Source: a virus. Taken from it: a stretch of DNA of 64,000 bases. The stretch lies in the IMG/VR virus record IMGVR_UViG_3300028840_003851; one strand, given 5' to 3'. Shown here one piece after another: positions 44,398-53,711 of this stretch. Each line of letters begins with the position of its first letter. Within the stretch, counting starts at the first letter, position 1. The notes under the pieces are model-generated. The model saw nothing but the letters and a program-made list of their open reading frames with translations, searched no databases and was not told the origin of the DNA. Position numbers and translations under genes: made by a program.

Positions 44398-45648
44398 ATG
44401 AGAGAAAAGAAGGTAAAGGTAACATCGGACTTCTTCACGAAGATTCCGTATGAACGGTTCGAGGAGGTTCTGTACATCCTCCTCCAAACCCCTAGGGACC
44501 TAAACCCCTGGGATAAGGGTTGTAGGATGGGCATCCCCGCCATCTTCTGGGGGATGTCGGGTATCGGCAAGTCGGAGCGAATCGAGGCTGTGGTGGGGGG
44601 CTCTATGGGGATGACGCAGGAGCGCCTGCTCCCTGTGTCGTACCCTCCGGAGAACTTCGTAGGCGTCCCCGTGATTGTGGGAGACACCGTTAGGAGCGAG
44701 GTCCTCATAGGCCAGATTCGGCGCCTCATCCGAGGTGGCGTTAACGACGCTGTGCTCGTCATAGACGAGGCCAGCGACGCAGATAGGCTCACGCAGGGCG
44801 CCATGCAACCACTCATCCTGGACAGGGTGGCCGGGGATGACAAGCTACCCCCAGGGGTACGAGTTGTGCTGCTGGCCAATCCTCCTGAGTACTCAGCGGG
44901 GGGCTACGAGCTGGTGGCCGCCCTGGCCAATCGCATGGGGCACTTCATGGTGCCTGTGGAGGAATCGATGCTCGACTCGTTCTGCGAGCACATCATGGAC
45001 CCAACCCCGCCCAAGCTAATCCCGTTCAAGAACGGGATAGAGGCCATCAAGGACGGGTGGCAGGCAGCATGGTCTGGGGCGTCCGCGGAGATGGTATCCT
45101 TCCACCAGACCATGAGGAGCATCGAGCTCCTACACAACCAGCCTAAGGCTGGTAGCACAGAGGGAGGAGGGGCTTGGCCCTCGCCCCGGACGTGGAAGAC
45201 CGCCTTCCAGTGCATCGCTGCCCTTCGGTGCTTGGACATGGACCGAGGGCTCGAGCCCTACTTCCTTAGAGCGTTCATCGGGGAAGCAACCGCACGCCAG
45301 TACGAGAAGTGGAGCGTGTACCGCGACCTACCCACACCAAAGGACATCCTTACCAGGAAGGCGGGGTGGGACCTCACAGAGGACACCCGCCCAGACAAGG
45401 TGTCCATGATGTGCCGTGCTGTGGCGTCCTATGTGGTGGCAGCAGATAAGCAAGGTTGCGACAAGCTAGCTGCTGTTGCCTTTGAGTGGATTGGCCTGCT
45501 CTGCGACCTCCACTTCAGAGACGTTGTGGTGCCGCACTGCAATTGGCTCTCCCGTAAGGGAGTGGGGAGGAAGAGCAAGAGTGAGGAGGTTCGTAGAGCC
45601 GCCAAGGCGGTCGTACGAAAGCTAGGAGCTGACGGGGTGGTGGGATGA
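44398..45648 (+). CDS. MoxR-like AAA+ ATPase
   Basis: GMSGIGKS Walker A, VIDEA Walker B, ANPPE, LANRM, PSPRTW. Confidence 0.85.
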   Translation: MREKKVKVTSDFFTKIPYERFEEVLYILLQTPRDLNPWDKGCRMGIPAIFWGMSGIGKSERIEAVVGGSMGMTQERLLPVSYPPENFVGVPVIVGDTVRSEVLIGQIRRLIRGGVNDAVLVIDEASDADRLTQGAMQPLILDRVAGDDKLPPGVRVVLLANPPEYSAGGYELVAALANRMGHFMVPVEESMLDSFCEHIMDPTPPKLIPFKNGIEAIKDGWQAAWSGASAEMVSFHQTMRSIELLHNQPKAGSTEGGGAWPSPRTWKTAFQCIAALRCLDMDRGLEPYFLRAFIGEATARQYEKWSVYRDLPTPKDILTRKAGWDLTEDTRPDKVSMMCRAVASYVVAADKQGCDKLAAVAFEWIGLLCDLHFRDVVVPHCNWLSRKGVGRKSKSEEVRRAAKAVVRKLGADGVVG

Positions 45649-47009
45649 GCCCATCAGCCGAGCTCGAAGCTTGGCTGCGGCAGCATGGTCTCTACGGGGA
45701 CCGTGCTGCTTTGCTTCAAAAGGCCAAGGTACAGCTAGAGGTAGCCAGGGCGCGCTTCGAGAGAATCGTACCCTACTTCACCGTCCTTCTGCGCATGCAC
45801 TCCACCTACTGGGTGGACCACATGTTTGCGATTACCGGTAGCCCTATCGGGGTGACCGATAGGATGGTGATGCTCATAGACCCTGGGTGGGTAGTTCACA
45901 TCAACGACCCGATGATGCTGGCCGCAGTGCTGTGGCATGAGGTGGAGCACCCGAACCGAGGGATGTACCGCCTTAAGGCACTTCCAGACCAACGTCTCGC
46001 TAACCTGGCGGGGGACCTCGCCATCAATTGGAGGATACGGGATACGGGGCACAAGCTCCCCGAGTGGGTAGCCTACCCAGAGAGCTACGGCTTAGAGAAG
46101 GGTCTCACCCTGGAGGAGTACTACAAGGCCCTGGACAAGGGAGGAAAAGGAGAGGATGGGGAAGAGCAGGAGGGAGACCGCGGGCCGTCTAGGATGACAG
46201 AGGACTGGCAGCCCACAGGAGACAGCTTCGGTACAGGCAAGTGCGGCTCAGGTGCGGGCAATAGCCTAGGAGACATCGAGGAGGAGGCCAACGAGCGCAT
46301 GGGGTGCTCCGACGCCGAGAAGGAGCTAGCTAAGGAGGTTACGAAGGAGGCGATAAGCAAGCACGTAGCAGAGCACGGAAGAGGTACGATTCCGGCAGAC
46401 ATGATAGAGAGCTTAGACTACGAGCTGTCTGCCGGAGTAGTACCGTGGAGAAGAGAGCTTCGGTCTATTTTGCGCCATGCTTCAGGGAAGCTTAGAGCAG
46501 GTAGGACGGATAGGTCTTGGGCGCGCCCGTCGCTACACTCTCTTGTTAGAGGTGAGCCTAGACCCGGACCGTGCCGGAGAGAGCCAGAGGTTCTGATTGT
46601 TCGCGACACCTCAGGCTCTATGGGTGCGGAGCAGCTTAAAAGTGCCAACGATGAGGCGGTGGGTGTGCTGAAGCAGATGGGGCTACAGGAGGTGTGGTTC
46701 TTAGATGCAGACGCAAAAGCCTACAACCCCAGAAGAGTAAACCTTAGAGACATACCAAAGCTCGATGTAGAGGGTAGAGGAGGTACATCGTTTGTCCCTG
46801 CCTTTGTCGCGGCAGAGAGCCTGAAGCCTAGACCGCAGCTTCTCATCTACATGACAGACGGAGACGGAGATGCACCCGAGGAGCCCCCCAGGGGTATGGC
46901 GGTGGTATGGTGCATCGTGCCTACACCTTACGGAAGGAGACCAGCAGAGTGGGGACATCTAGTGATTGTGAGCGACGACCAGAAGCTGAGAGAGCCTTAC
47001 AGGAGGTAG
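45645..47009 (+). CDS. DUF2201-type metallopeptidase-like plus vWA domain protein
   Basis: LWHEVEH, NLAGDLAIN; MIDAS DTSGSMG, GRGGTSF, YMTDGDG. Confidence 0.85.
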   Translation: MSPSAELEAWLRQHGLYGDRAALLQKAKVQLEVARARFERIVPYFTVLLRMHSTYWVDHMFAITGSPIGVTDRMVMLIDPGWVVHINDPMMLAAVLWHEVEHPNRGMYRLKALPDQRLANLAGDLAINWRIRDTGHKLPEWVAYPESYGLEKGLTLEEYYKALDKGGKGEDGEEQEGDRGPSRMTEDWQPTGDSFGTGKCGSGAGNSLGDIEEEANERMGCSDAEKELAKEVTKEAISKHVAEHGRGTIPADMIESLDYELSAGVVPWRRELRSILRHASGKLRAGRTDRSWARPSLHSLVRGEPRPGPCRREPEVLIVRDTSGSMGAEQLKSANDEAVGVLKQMGLQEVWFLDADAKAYNPRRVNLRDIPKLDVEGRGGTSFVPAFVAAESLKPRPQLLIYMTDGDGDAPEEPPRGMAVVWCIVPTPYGRRPAEWGHLVIVSDDQKLREPYRR

Positions 47010-47258
47010 AGGAGGAGAGACAGAGAAAGGACGCGTATAACGCGATAAGTCGATACTACACACAGCTGAAGTACGACAAGGGAGGCCCTGAGGACAGAGA
47101 GGACCATTGGGCGTGCCCCCGCTGTAAGGACAAGGTGTCCCCGCTGGAAGGCTACTGGTGCCGGTGCGCGGAGGAGGACCTATACAGCATAGAGGATGAT
47201 TGGTCCGCATGGGACCAGACGTATATCGATGTGTACCCAGAAGACGAGGATTACTACA

Positions 47259-47768
47259 ATGAGTAAACTACGTGCGACAAAGGCCGAGCTCCTGCAGGTC
47301 ATTGACGAGCTGCAAGCTAGAGTGTGCGAGCAGCAGAGAAGGATAGAGCAGCTCATAGCTGACAATGATGCTTCTCGTGAAGCGCGCGACTCCTATGAGA
47401 AGGTAGCACTAGAGAAGGAAAGGGAGCTGACTGAGGTTAACAAGACCTTCAATCGGCGGTTCGAGGACTACAAGCATGGAATGAAGGCCATGCTCGAGGA
47501 GAAGGACTTTGCCATCAAGCTAGCTAAGGATGATGGTTTACACACGCGGGAGACATTAAGGAAACTAGTTGAGGAGGTAAAGAGGAAGAGCCATGAGAGG
47601 GCGGCTAAGCTCCAGAAGGAGGTGGACGAGATGCATAAGGTAATCGCCTCCCAGCGGGAGATGGTCACAGAGCTGCAGAAGGAGCTAAAGGAAGCAGAGG
47701 CTGCGAGGGACACTGCAGACAGGATAATTGCAGCGGTGCGCTGCACCGTATCCATCATGGAGAGGTAG
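47259..47768 (+). CDS. Coiled-coil protein
   Basis: In-frame ATG 47259 of track ORF 47196..47768; heptads. Confidence 0.65.
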   Translation: MSKLRATKAELLQVIDELQARVCEQQRRIEQLIADNDASREARDSYEKVALEKERELTEVNKTFNRRFEDYKHGMKAMLEEKDFAIKLAKDDGLHTRETLRKLVEEVKRKSHERAAKLQKEVDEMHKVIASQREMVTELQKELKEAEAARDTADRIIAAVRCTVSIMER

Positions 47769-47792
47769 TGAAAATAAAAGGGAAACCACAGT

Positions 47793-47805
47793 ATAAGAAT
47801 ACTGA
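47793..47805 (+). promoter_or_regulatory. Putative phage promoter ATAAGA-N4-TG-A(TG)
   Basis: ATAAGA ATAC TG ATG; no SD. Confidence 0.7.
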
Positions 47806-48020
47806 TGGAACAATTAATAGATGCAATCCACTCGGCCATCCTCGAAGAAAACCTTCAAAACAGAGAACACCTCTCACAGAGGGTGATTATTCGCCTTCTC
47901 GAAGAGAACCTGTTTCCGTACGAACTCCTCCCCTATTATGGGGAGGGGGAGTACCACCAAGAGGACCAGAAGGTGCTCTTGGAGGTACTCCAAGAGCTCG
48001 ATAAGGTCGAGTACACCTAA
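47805..48020 (+). CDS. Leaderless acidic protein (71 aa)
   Basis: Between the promoter motif and a terminator. Confidence 0.7.
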   Translation: MEQLIDAIHSAILEENLQNREHLSQRVIIRLLEENLFPYELLPYYGEGEYHQEDQKVLLEVLQELDKVEYT

Positions 48021-48023
48021 GGG

Positions 48024-48101
48024 ATTACTAGAAGCTCTCCCACACGAGCTTCTTTTAGCCCCCTAAATTATCTCTATAAAACGGGGATAAGAGTATTGAT
48101 G
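48024..48101 (+). repeat. Terminator+promoter cassette repeat, copy 1
   Basis: AGAAGCTC/GAGCTTCT hairpin, TTTAGCCCC, then ATAAGA GTAT TG ATG; about 68/79 identical to 48470..48548. Confidence 0.85.
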
Positions 48102-48464
48102 AAAAGCAGGTTCTACACGATAACGGAGTGGGACTCCACCACAGAGGTGGTGGAGGCCCGAGAGGGGCGTGATACTGTCCTCATAAAGTATGAGGATGGT
48201 ATCACTAACATGGTGACAGCAGCTTACTTTCGTGAGCTGCTGCCAACAGTAACTGTAGAGAGCATCACAGCTCGGTGCTCTAGGTTCTCGGGATGGAATC
48301 TTAAGTGGGAGGTCGAAGATGGCCTCCTACGCATGTATGACCCTAGTAACTACAGCAGATCGTCTCTGATCCTGAACAAGGACGGGGTCGAGGTACATGG
48401 GCGCCTCCGTCACTGGGGAGTGACGTTGGATGAGCTGAAAGTGCTGCTCGCAGCTATCCCGTAA
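48099..48464 (+). CDS. Leaderless hypothetical protein (121 aa)
   Basis: Flanked by the two cassette repeats. Confidence 0.7.
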   Translation: MKSRFYTITEWDSTTEVVEAREGRDTVLIKYEDGITNMVTAAYFRELLPTVTVESITARCSRFSGWNLKWEVEDGLLRMYDPSNYSRSSLILNKDGVEVHGRLRHWGVTLDELKVLLAAIP

Positions 48465-48469
48465 CAGGA

Positions 48470-48548
48470 ATTACCTAGAAGCTCTCCCATGTGAGCTTCT
48501 TTTAGCCCCTGAAATTACCTCTATAATACAGGTATAAGAGTAATGATG
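48470..48548 (+). repeat. Terminator+promoter cassette repeat, copy 2
   Basis: Same hairpin and ATAAGA GTAA TG ATG. Confidence 0.85.
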
Positions 48549-48842
48549 GAGAACGCCTTCCAGTCTCCTCTCTTGAGAGAGGCAGCTGAGGTTGTCCTCA
48601 CCAACCCGTACTACGACGGGTTGGTTCACCACGGGGAGCTGTCCTTCCGATACCGGGAGGACAGCGGTTGCCACCCACTGGTGGCTGACGTCGCAGCGAC
48701 TATCCAATCCGGCTATTGGCCGAACTGGATGGTCGACCTCGACGCGGCCACCACTCGGGAGCTCATGGACCACGTAAGCGGGGTCAATGAGCTACCGGCG
48801 TTTGGCACCACCCTCTTCGGAGGGTGGTACTACCCGTGGTAG
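48546..48842 (+). CDS. Leaderless hypothetical protein (98 aa)
   Basis: Starts at the promoter-motif purine. Confidence 0.7.
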   Translation: MENAFQSPLLREAAEVVLTNPYYDGLVHHGELSFRYREDSGCHPLVADVAATIQSGYWPNWMVDLDAATTRELMDHVSGVNELPAFGTTLFGGWYYPW

Positions 48843-48984
48843 AGGACAAGCCATCAACGAGCCAGGCGCAAACCTGGTAGGCCGTGCCAGGCTTGAGCGG
48901 GGACTGAGGATTAATGCCCTCAGCGAGACCGCAGGCATCTGGGGATGACCTCCCAGATTAGGAGGCCCATGGTCAAGGCAGTAG

Positions 48985-49008
48985 GAGAGCTCACGCTCTC
49001 TTTTAGCT
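48985..49008 (+). terminator. Terminator with TTAGCT tail at the convergence with portal
   Basis: GAGAGC-TCAC-GCTCTC-TTTTAGCT. Confidence 0.7.
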
Positions 49009-49009
49009 A

Positions 49010-50980
49010 CTAAATTGCGGGGGTCTCCCTACGTGGCGGTAGGACCTCTGGGTTGGGCCTCATATCTACTCCTGCAGGGGCTCCTTGAGGCGCACCCCCC
49101 TCCGCGCCTCCCATCTGAGAGAGCATCTGCTCTACCATCTGTGCGAGCTCAGGGGACTGTGCCGCAATGGTTTGCAATGCTGTCTGCTGCTGGTCAGGCG
49201 GCATCTGAGAGAGCTGCTGGGCCAGCTGCTGAGCCATGGCAACTATATCGACCCCTGTACCCTCGGGAGACTGCTCAGGCCCCATACGCTGCCCCATATC
49301 CAGAGGACTGCTCATCGCCATCTCAGCTCCAGGCGGAGCGCCCCCTACCTGCTGTCCTCCGGCAGTGCCCCCTCCAGCCTCAGGACCCCCAGGCTCACCT
49401 GGTGCTTGAGGCGCCGCCTGAGCCTCCATGGCAGCCTGCTGAGCCTTGACCTGCGCCTTGGACATGATGAGCTGGCTCTCTGCCTGTACCTCGGCCATGG
49501 CTAGCTGCTGCTTGCGGGTTGACTCTAGCCGCTTCTCCGTCTCCTGCACCATGAGCTCGTCCTCCTCCTGCTGACTTAGGTCAGAGTCCGACAGTAAGGT
49601 TGTGTCTGAGAGCTTCTGGGCCTGATTGTACTGGAATAGCAGGGCTTTCCTCTGCAGGTCGTCGGCCATCTTGAATGGCTTGAATCTAGCCTTCACCAAT
49701 GGCCAACGCATGTAGTTGCTGACCTCCCGGATTACCCAGCGAAGGAACTGCGTGTGCCGTGTAAGGTACCCAATGAAGGTGTTCTCCATGATGCGCAAGC
49801 TCACGTTAGAGCCGGAGTACGACAGCCCACCAAAGATGAGCTCCTTCGGTACTCCCATACCCCCTAGTATCTGCTCTGAGTGAATCTGCATCTCCTGCGT
49901 CATCAGAAGAGCTCTGCCATCCCCGCCAAGAGTCTGCTGACCTATAGGTAGAGGTAGGATGGGAATGTAGTTGGGGTCCATTCTCCATCTTGCTATCTCA
50001 GTCGCTATGTGGTCCTTCCACTTGCTGAGATTGATTGTCGTGTAGGGGTCACTTGTACCTGAGCCAGCCTGCGGGAACAGCACACGCAGAGGTACTATGT
50101 GCTCTAGCAGAATTGCCTCCTGCGCCTTCTTCATCACCTGAAGGTAGAACGTGTCCTTCAGCACAGGCATGAGCAGAGGCATGCCCCATCCTCTATCCCT
50201 TCCTCCCAGGGACGGGCGCTTAAAGAAGAAGAAGTTCTCCGAGAACTTGATTCCCTTGTTCTTCTGCAGAGCCTGCATGAACCGCTGAGGTGTCGTCTCT
50301 ACAACGTCCTTCTTACCGATGGAGATGTCGCTCTTAACGCTCTGAGGGATGGTGTAGTAGTACGTAGACTCCCCTGTAAGCTCGTTGTAACGAACATCCA
50401 GGTCCTCTATGTTCCAGCGCATAAGCTTTATGCCGGATGCGTCCCTGTAGTAGAAGTCGTGGGCATCCGCTTCCTCTGTACTACCGCACCTAGGGCACGA
50501 CAGAAGGAACTGAAAGTTGCGCATCCTGTAGTGCTCTCTAATCTTGTCTGCCCGCTCAGTGAACCCACAGGTCTTACAGACAAGGTACTTCTTGAATGGG
50601 TACGAGATGCTAACTGCGCACGCACCAAACGTGTGATAGTCAAGTCCGCACTCGACCTGGAATGGGCGTATGCGTAGATGGTCCTGTAGGTACTCCGTCC
50701 ATCTGCTAACCACCTCAGGTCTGTCATGGTCTATCACTATGTCAGTGATAGGGTACTCAGACAGCTTGAACACCGTGGCGTTGATTAGAGGGTTGGTGAA
50801 GAAGTAGTACCTACACCACCGAAACATCCTCTTTATAGAGGCCGGTAGCCAGGTGTGTGCGATATCAAAGAACGGGGACGGGTACGTAAGACCTCCGTCC
50901 TGTATACCTCCAGATATCCTCCCTCTAGTGCGTGCGTACCTATAGCTAGGTCCGCACGTCATGGCTCCTGTTACGCTCAT
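49010..50980 (-). CDS. Portal protein with Zn-finger insert and long Q/P/G-rich tail
   Basis: Portal-like segments NPLINATVFKLSEYP, GWGMPLLMPVLK, GGMGVPKELIFGG; structural context. Confidence 0.72.
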   Translation of the reverse strand: MSVTGAMTCGPSYRYARTRGRISGGIQDGGLTYPSPFFDIAHTWLPASIKRMFRWCRYYFFTNPLINATVFKLSEYPITDIVIDHDRPEVVSRWTEYLQDHLRIRPFQVECGLDYHTFGACAVSISYPFKKYLVCKTCGFTERADKIREHYRMRNFQFLLSCPRCGSTEEADAHDFYYRDASGIKLMRWNIEDLDVRYNELTGESTYYYTIPQSVKSDISIGKKDVVETTPQRFMQALQKNKGIKFSENFFFFKRPSLGGRDRGWGMPLLMPVLKDTFYLQVMKKAQEAILLEHIVPLRVLFPQAGSGTSDPYTTINLSKWKDHIATEIARWRMDPNYIPILPLPIGQQTLGGDGRALLMTQEMQIHSEQILGGMGVPKELIFGGLSYSGSNVSLRIMENTFIGYLTRHTQFLRWVIREVSNYMRWPLVKARFKPFKMADDLQRKALLFQYNQAQKLSDTTLLSDSDLSQQEEDELMVQETEKRLESTRKQQLAMAEVQAESQLIMSKAQVKAQQAAMEAQAAPQAPGEPGGPEAGGGTAGGQQVGGAPPGAEMAMSSPLDMGQRMGPEQSPEGTGVDIVAMAQQLAQQLSQMPPDQQQTALQTIAAQSPELAQMVEQMLSQMGGAEGGAPQGAPAGVDMRPNPEVLPPRRETPAI

Positions 50981-52071
50981 AGTCCATACTCCCTAGCTGT
51001 GCGCTTACCTGCATGAGCGAGAGCCCCACGACGCGCTATCTCTGCCTCAGGCGACGTTAGCAGCTTTCCCCTGGTGGTGACAGGGCCCGCCGGTACAGAC
51101 GTCTTTCCCTTATCCAGCACGGCCCCTAGACGTCTAGCTCCCCCCGTTACCGCCTCACCAAGAAGCGTCTGCGCCCCTATCGGAAGAGGTCCCATGCTGT
51201 AGGCCAGGGAGCCTAGGGTGCTCCCGATACGCTCTCCTGTGGAAGGACCCCCCTCCTCCTGACTTGGAGCCCTAATAGCGTCGGCAACAGACATCGCGGG
51301 GAACCCTACCATCATGGCCTTGCTAATCGGCCCACCCGCGTGCCACTGCTCCCCGAGACCGGCCTTTAGTGCCTCCACGGGGTTCTCCTTCATAGCGCGT
51401 GCGTACCCAGGAAGGCTCGTAAGGCCCATCTTCTCTGCCTTCTCAGCCGCCTCGGCGGAGCGCTTTGCAGCTGCTAGCTGCACCTCCCCAGCGCCCTTAC
51501 CCAGAACCTTTCCTTTGAGCTTGTGGTAAAGACCAGGAGCGACATCCCCCTTCTCCACGCGCTTGAGGTTCTCAACAGCATCAGTAGCCCCGGCACGCAT
51601 GGCTCGGATGCCCTCCTTATTGTGCCATCCCTTCGGTGTCCACCCTGTAAGACCATGCACCTGCCTCTGACCAAAGCGGGTGGCTGCGCCCACGCCACCG
51701 CCCATCTCCGCAAGGCGCTTTACGTGCTCAGGCTTAAGGACCTTGGCCGCTCCAGCAGCACCGCCTAAAGCAGTGCCGGCTCCGGCTCCTATTACGGCCC
51801 CCTTCAGCCCGGTCTCCGTGCCCCTAAGGAGGCCGCTCATCAGAGCCCCGGCAGTTCCCGTCCCTTGCTCCTTCGCCTCCTGGTACCCTTGATAGCCTCC
51901 GGAGGCAAGTCCTCCGAGACCGCCAATGGCACCTCCAAGACCCATACCAGCTCCGGCTCCCCCTCCTGCTCTCTGCAAGGCTCCCTTGATGGCCTTCCAG
52001 GTGCCAGGGCTAACAGCAAGCTTGTCCATCTCTGCATTGAAGGCCCTTAGGCGTATCTCAGTGTCATGCAT
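50977..52071 (-). CDS. Gly/Ala-rich putative virion protein (MDKLA motif)
   Basis: K-x-A motif followed by Gly-rich hydrophobic segments. Confidence 0.7.
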   Translation of the reverse strand: MHDTEIRLRAFNAEMDKLAVSPGTWKAIKGALQRAGGGAGAGMGLGGAIGGLGGLASGGYQGYQEAKEQGTGTAGALMSGLLRGTETGLKGAVIGAGAGTALGGAAGAAKVLKPEHVKRLAEMGGGVGAATRFGQRQVHGLTGWTPKGWHNKEGIRAMRAGATDAVENLKRVEKGDVAPGLYHKLKGKVLGKGAGEVQLAAAKRSAEAAEKAEKMGLTSLPGYARAMKENPVEALKAGLGEQWHAGGPISKAMMVGFPAMSVADAIRAPSQEEGGPSTGERIGSTLGSLAYSMGPLPIGAQTLLGEAVTGGARRLGAVLDKGKTSVPAGPVTTRGKLLTSPEAEIARRGALAHAGKRTAREYGL

Positions 52072-52825
52072 GTTTCACCAATGGGAGCTGGTCCTTGAAA
52101 CGGTCCCTGCTCTCCTCTAGATGCTCTGTAGCACGGAGCATGCGTCTAAGCTGCTCCCCCTCTACGGTATCCTCCGTAGGTGCTACACGAGATTTGCTTA
52201 CCTCTGGCCACCTTTTAAGGATGGCCTCTTGGTCTACAAGGTCTGGTACGTCTATCTCTATCTCCTCTAGAGGCCACACAGGACAGAAGATGCCATCATG
52301 TCGGTACACCACTCCCAGGTAATCCCGGAGCTCCTGTGACCACTCGTGGTTGAGATGCACACTGTCTGCAATCTCTGTAGAGACAAGACACTGAGCTAAC
52401 GTTGGGACCTGCATCACGACAAAGTCTGGGTAGAGGTCATTAAGAGGCATCGTGAGCCAGAGGAACACCTCCCATCTAGTCCAGAAGTTGGCGTTGACGT
52501 GTAGTGTGCGCATCGCCTCTATCTTGTGCATGGCTAGGTCTCCAACATCAGGGGTGTTGAAGTCCTGAGGTATGCGCCACTCTATTGTCTCTCCCTCCCA
52601 GCCAAGCCAGTCACGTCCGTACCTCTTAAAGAGGAGCATGTCCAGAATAGCAGGGTGAGCATCTGGGTGCTGGAAGACGTTTATTGAGGTAGGCGGGGGC
52701 TCGTAGGATGCCTCCTCCTCTACCCCCTCTGTAGTCTCCAGCTGACCGTCTATCTCCTCTGCTGGTCCCTGCATACTCTCCAGCGCTCTCTCAAAGCGCC
52801 TTCGTAGCTCCTCTGTCGTTGGCAC
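52064..52825 (-). CDS. Putative virion protein (253 aa)
   Basis: SD AGGAGG; structural block. Confidence 0.7.
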   Translation of the reverse strand: MPTTEELRRRFERALESMQGPAEEIDGQLETTEGVEEEASYEPPPTSINVFQHPDAHPAILDMLLFKRYGRDWLGWEGETIEWRIPQDFNTPDVGDLAMHKIEAMRTLHVNANFWTRWEVFLWLTMPLNDLYPDFVVMQVPTLAQCLVSTEIADSVHLNHEWSQELRDYLGVVYRHDGIFCPVWPLEEIEIDVPDLVDQEAILKRWPEVSKSRVAPTEDTVEGEQLRRMLRATEHLEESRDRFKDQLPLVKHA

Positions 52826-52833
52826 GCTTCCTC

Positions 52834-53703
52834 CTATACTGAGCCCGTAAGGTCTGGGTTCGGTGCGTTGTCCGTCACCATCCTCATAATCATCTTCTTC
52901 TGGTCTCTAGGCAAGGAGCTAAAGATGCCCATGGGGTCTTTTCTAAACTCCGACGCGAAGTCATCACCAAATGTAGAGGAGATGCTCTTCATGTGGGTCT
53001 TTGCCGCCTTCATGATGTCACTCTTAGAAGCGGACACATTGTCTACTAGAATGAGCTCGTCCTTAGGCGCCGCTGTCTTGGAGCCGTACGTGGAGAGATA
53101 CGGGTCAGGGATGAACCTGTCCCACGCAGAGCTCAGGCCAGAGGCTTCGTCTAGCTCTCTAAGAGCTTCACAGAAAACGTCTGGCGGTAGAAGAGGACGA
53201 GCCTCTGCTAGCTTGTCCAGAACAGGGATAAAGGGCTCCCTCTCCTCCGACGTCATTAGGTTTCTGCGCCCTTCAAGCATTGCGTCGACGTCACAGCTGT
53301 ACTCATCGGACCCGTACCTTCCTGCGAGCTCACCGACATCTACCCCAATCTGAGACGCGCGCTTGACGAGGTTGTTGGCGAACTCTCGTCGATGGGTAGC
53401 CCCGAACGCTCTCCAGTGCTCCTCAAAGTAAGCGGCGGCTTGCTTTACCTCCCAGTAGCTATCGAGCGGGTACCTTTCCAATCCTGGTAGAGCGTACCTG
53501 TCTGCTGATGGCTTAGCAGATGAATCATCCACCTCGCACCCAGACACGTCTACGTACGGAGCCATAGCGGTCTTGCTGACTGTCGCCTTCTGCTTGCCCA
53601 CCTTCTTGTCCGATGGCGGCTGGTTGGGCATGATAGGAGTCCCTGTTGTCTCCGCCTCTTTGGTCCAGAATCTTTGCTGCTTAGTTAGTCTCGTGACGCT
53701 CAT
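52834..53703 (-). CDS. Putative virion protein (289 aa, five K-x-A motifs)
   Basis: KEAE, KTAM, KQAA, KRAS, KTAA. Confidence 0.7.
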   Translation of the reverse strand: MSVTRLTKQQRFWTKEAETTGTPIMPNQPPSDKKVGKQKATVSKTAMAPYVDVSGCEVDDSSAKPSADRYALPGLERYPLDSYWEVKQAAAYFEEHWRAFGATHRREFANNLVKRASQIGVDVGELAGRYGSDEYSCDVDAMLEGRRNLMTSEEREPFIPVLDKLAEARPLLPPDVFCEALRELDEASGLSSAWDRFIPDPYLSTYGSKTAAPKDELILVDNVSASKSDIMKAAKTHMKSISSTFGDDFASEFRKDPMGIFSSLPRDQKKMIMRMVTDNAPNPDLTGSV

Positions 53704-53711
53704 TGCGACTC

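Noticed and set aside
46907-47266. Programmed frameshift extending the vWA protein into the overlapping ORF
   Set aside because: The downstream frame lacks a nearby start, but no slippery heptamer or stimulatory structure is evident; a relic or an upstream GTG start is equally likely.
48904-48930. Hammerhead ribozyme (CTGAGGA resembles CUGANGA)
   Set aside because: No stem II followed by GAAA and no stem I/III arrangement.
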